DNA of 64,000 nt from Trichosphaerium sp. ATCC 40318 (lineage: Eukaryota > Protista > Tubulinea), in assembly GCA_038496445.1 (NCBI GenBank), contig JALMLS010000353.1, forward strand, positions 377,144 to 441,143. The letters are read 5' to 3'. The notes beneath the pieces are model-generated. The model had not been told where the DNA came from, did not search any database, and was given only the letters and a program-made list of their open reading frames with translations. This document shows, one piece after another, positions 63,129-64,000 of the stretch. Numbering within the stretch: the stretch's first letter is position 1; each line of letters starts with the position of its first letter. Both the position numbers and the translations under genes were made by a program.

Positions 63129-64000
63129 ATCATTTTATGCATTGCATTTGAAAATCTGTTTTATAAAAGTGGGTTTTTAGTTCCTTGTTTGTCAAAAAAA
63201 GCTGTTGCTCATGGTTTTTGTAGCAAAGTAAGACCATACCAGGATATACTATCAGGCATTTTAGTCATGGTGCTTGGAATGACCTACTGGCTGCAAGAAT
63301 ATCAGTATCACATGGTAAAGTTACACCAACTCTTATTTTTTTGAATAGTTTTGCAAAGCAATAACACATGGTTTATACCCTAGAACATTACAAAACTATT
63401 TTTTTGTCAGGTATAAACTTTGCAAAAAGTTTACAGCACAAGCTTTAAGAGCTGAAAAACCTTGGGTGGACCCACATGATAGATGATGAAACCCCTGTTG
63501 ATATTGAAGATGAGTGGTCTTTGTCTGAATATGCAGCAGAGTTGTCTGATGGCATATTAAAGCAGTTGGTATATGATCCAAGAGCTATTGTTCACACAAA
63601 GAAGACTAGTGATGCAGTGTACTATGATTTTAATATCAAGGGCTCCTTGGACAAATTGCAGTTTTCACACACTGCAATGGAGGCCTATGATATGTGCAGA
63701 CTCTAACTTGGTTAAAGCTAACAGTAAGTGATGGTTTTTATTTCATTCGACTAAGTAGCGCCGTTCGCGCACACACGATCGTTTGTAATGACTCGTTTCG
63801 ACAGGGATGCATTGAGCAAAAAATGATTGAAAGTTATAGCCATTTCAAAGAGGTTAAAAGTGGCAACACTAAAAATGCCAGAAGCCACAAAAACAAAAAA
63901 AACAGGAGAAACAGATGTAGAAGATTTAACCAAAGCAAAGCCAACAACAAAATCTCCAAGAAGAAGGAAAAGCAAAAGAAGTAACATTAATATTGCTACA

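Larger units (their letters stand above)
60071..64000 (+). pseudogene. Frameshifted multi-exon gene with a ParB/Srx-like motif, probably part of a large mobile element (continues beyond the window)
   Basis: Exons join through GT-AG introns but need several 1-nt frameshifts and contain in-frame TAA. KPLILT..FGVADGAH[C]LLTAL and LNEDQ..HTLVD are ParB-like. Exons are nearly CpG-free. Confidence 0.55.

Noticed and set aside
1-64000. Stop-codon reassignment in the host
   Set aside because: Long ORFs (363-580 aa) have no internal stops and conserved genes end in TAA or TGA. The scattered in-frame stops are explained by introns, decay or homopolymer frameshifts.

Overview
Eukaryotic nuclear DNA from a gene-dense, AT-rich protist. 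Introns are many and short (mostly ~45-100 nt), donors are often GTACGT-like, and the genetic code is standard. The species cannot be identified from the sequence, although the Frizzled-type GPCR, G-alpha and RGS set resembles amoebozoan-type protists. About 24 protein genes can be reconstructed by splicing the ORF fragments. They include a Frizzled/Smoothened-like GPCR, three F-box(-like) proteins, a G-alpha lacking both catalytic residues, ABHD17, a PAL-like NHL protein, two SKP1/BTB-like paralogs, a RING protein, RSM22/METTL17, PEX10, an aldose epimerase, ERCC6L2, an NT-C2 protein, a double-RGS protein, HMG-CoA synthase, BCAS3 and a PPR protein. Three U12-type introns are present (one AT-AC), plus five GC-AG introns and an atypical intronless tRNA-Tyr nested in an intron. 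Two accessory regions stand out. (1) 4.0-6.3 kb holds a decayed ORF, an array of fixed-geometry GGGG-N11-TTAAG-N6-CACTTAA sites, and a MITE. (2) 59.35-64 kb begins with inverted telomere-like repeats, followed by a frameshifted gene with a ParB/Srx-like motif. Its exons are almost free of CpG, while its introns carry ~18 copies of a parS-like palindrome (GTTCCGAGCTCGGAAC). This is the best candidate for an undescribed system. Several single-base frameshifts at homopolymers suggest some assembly error. All gene models are manual and were not checked against any database.
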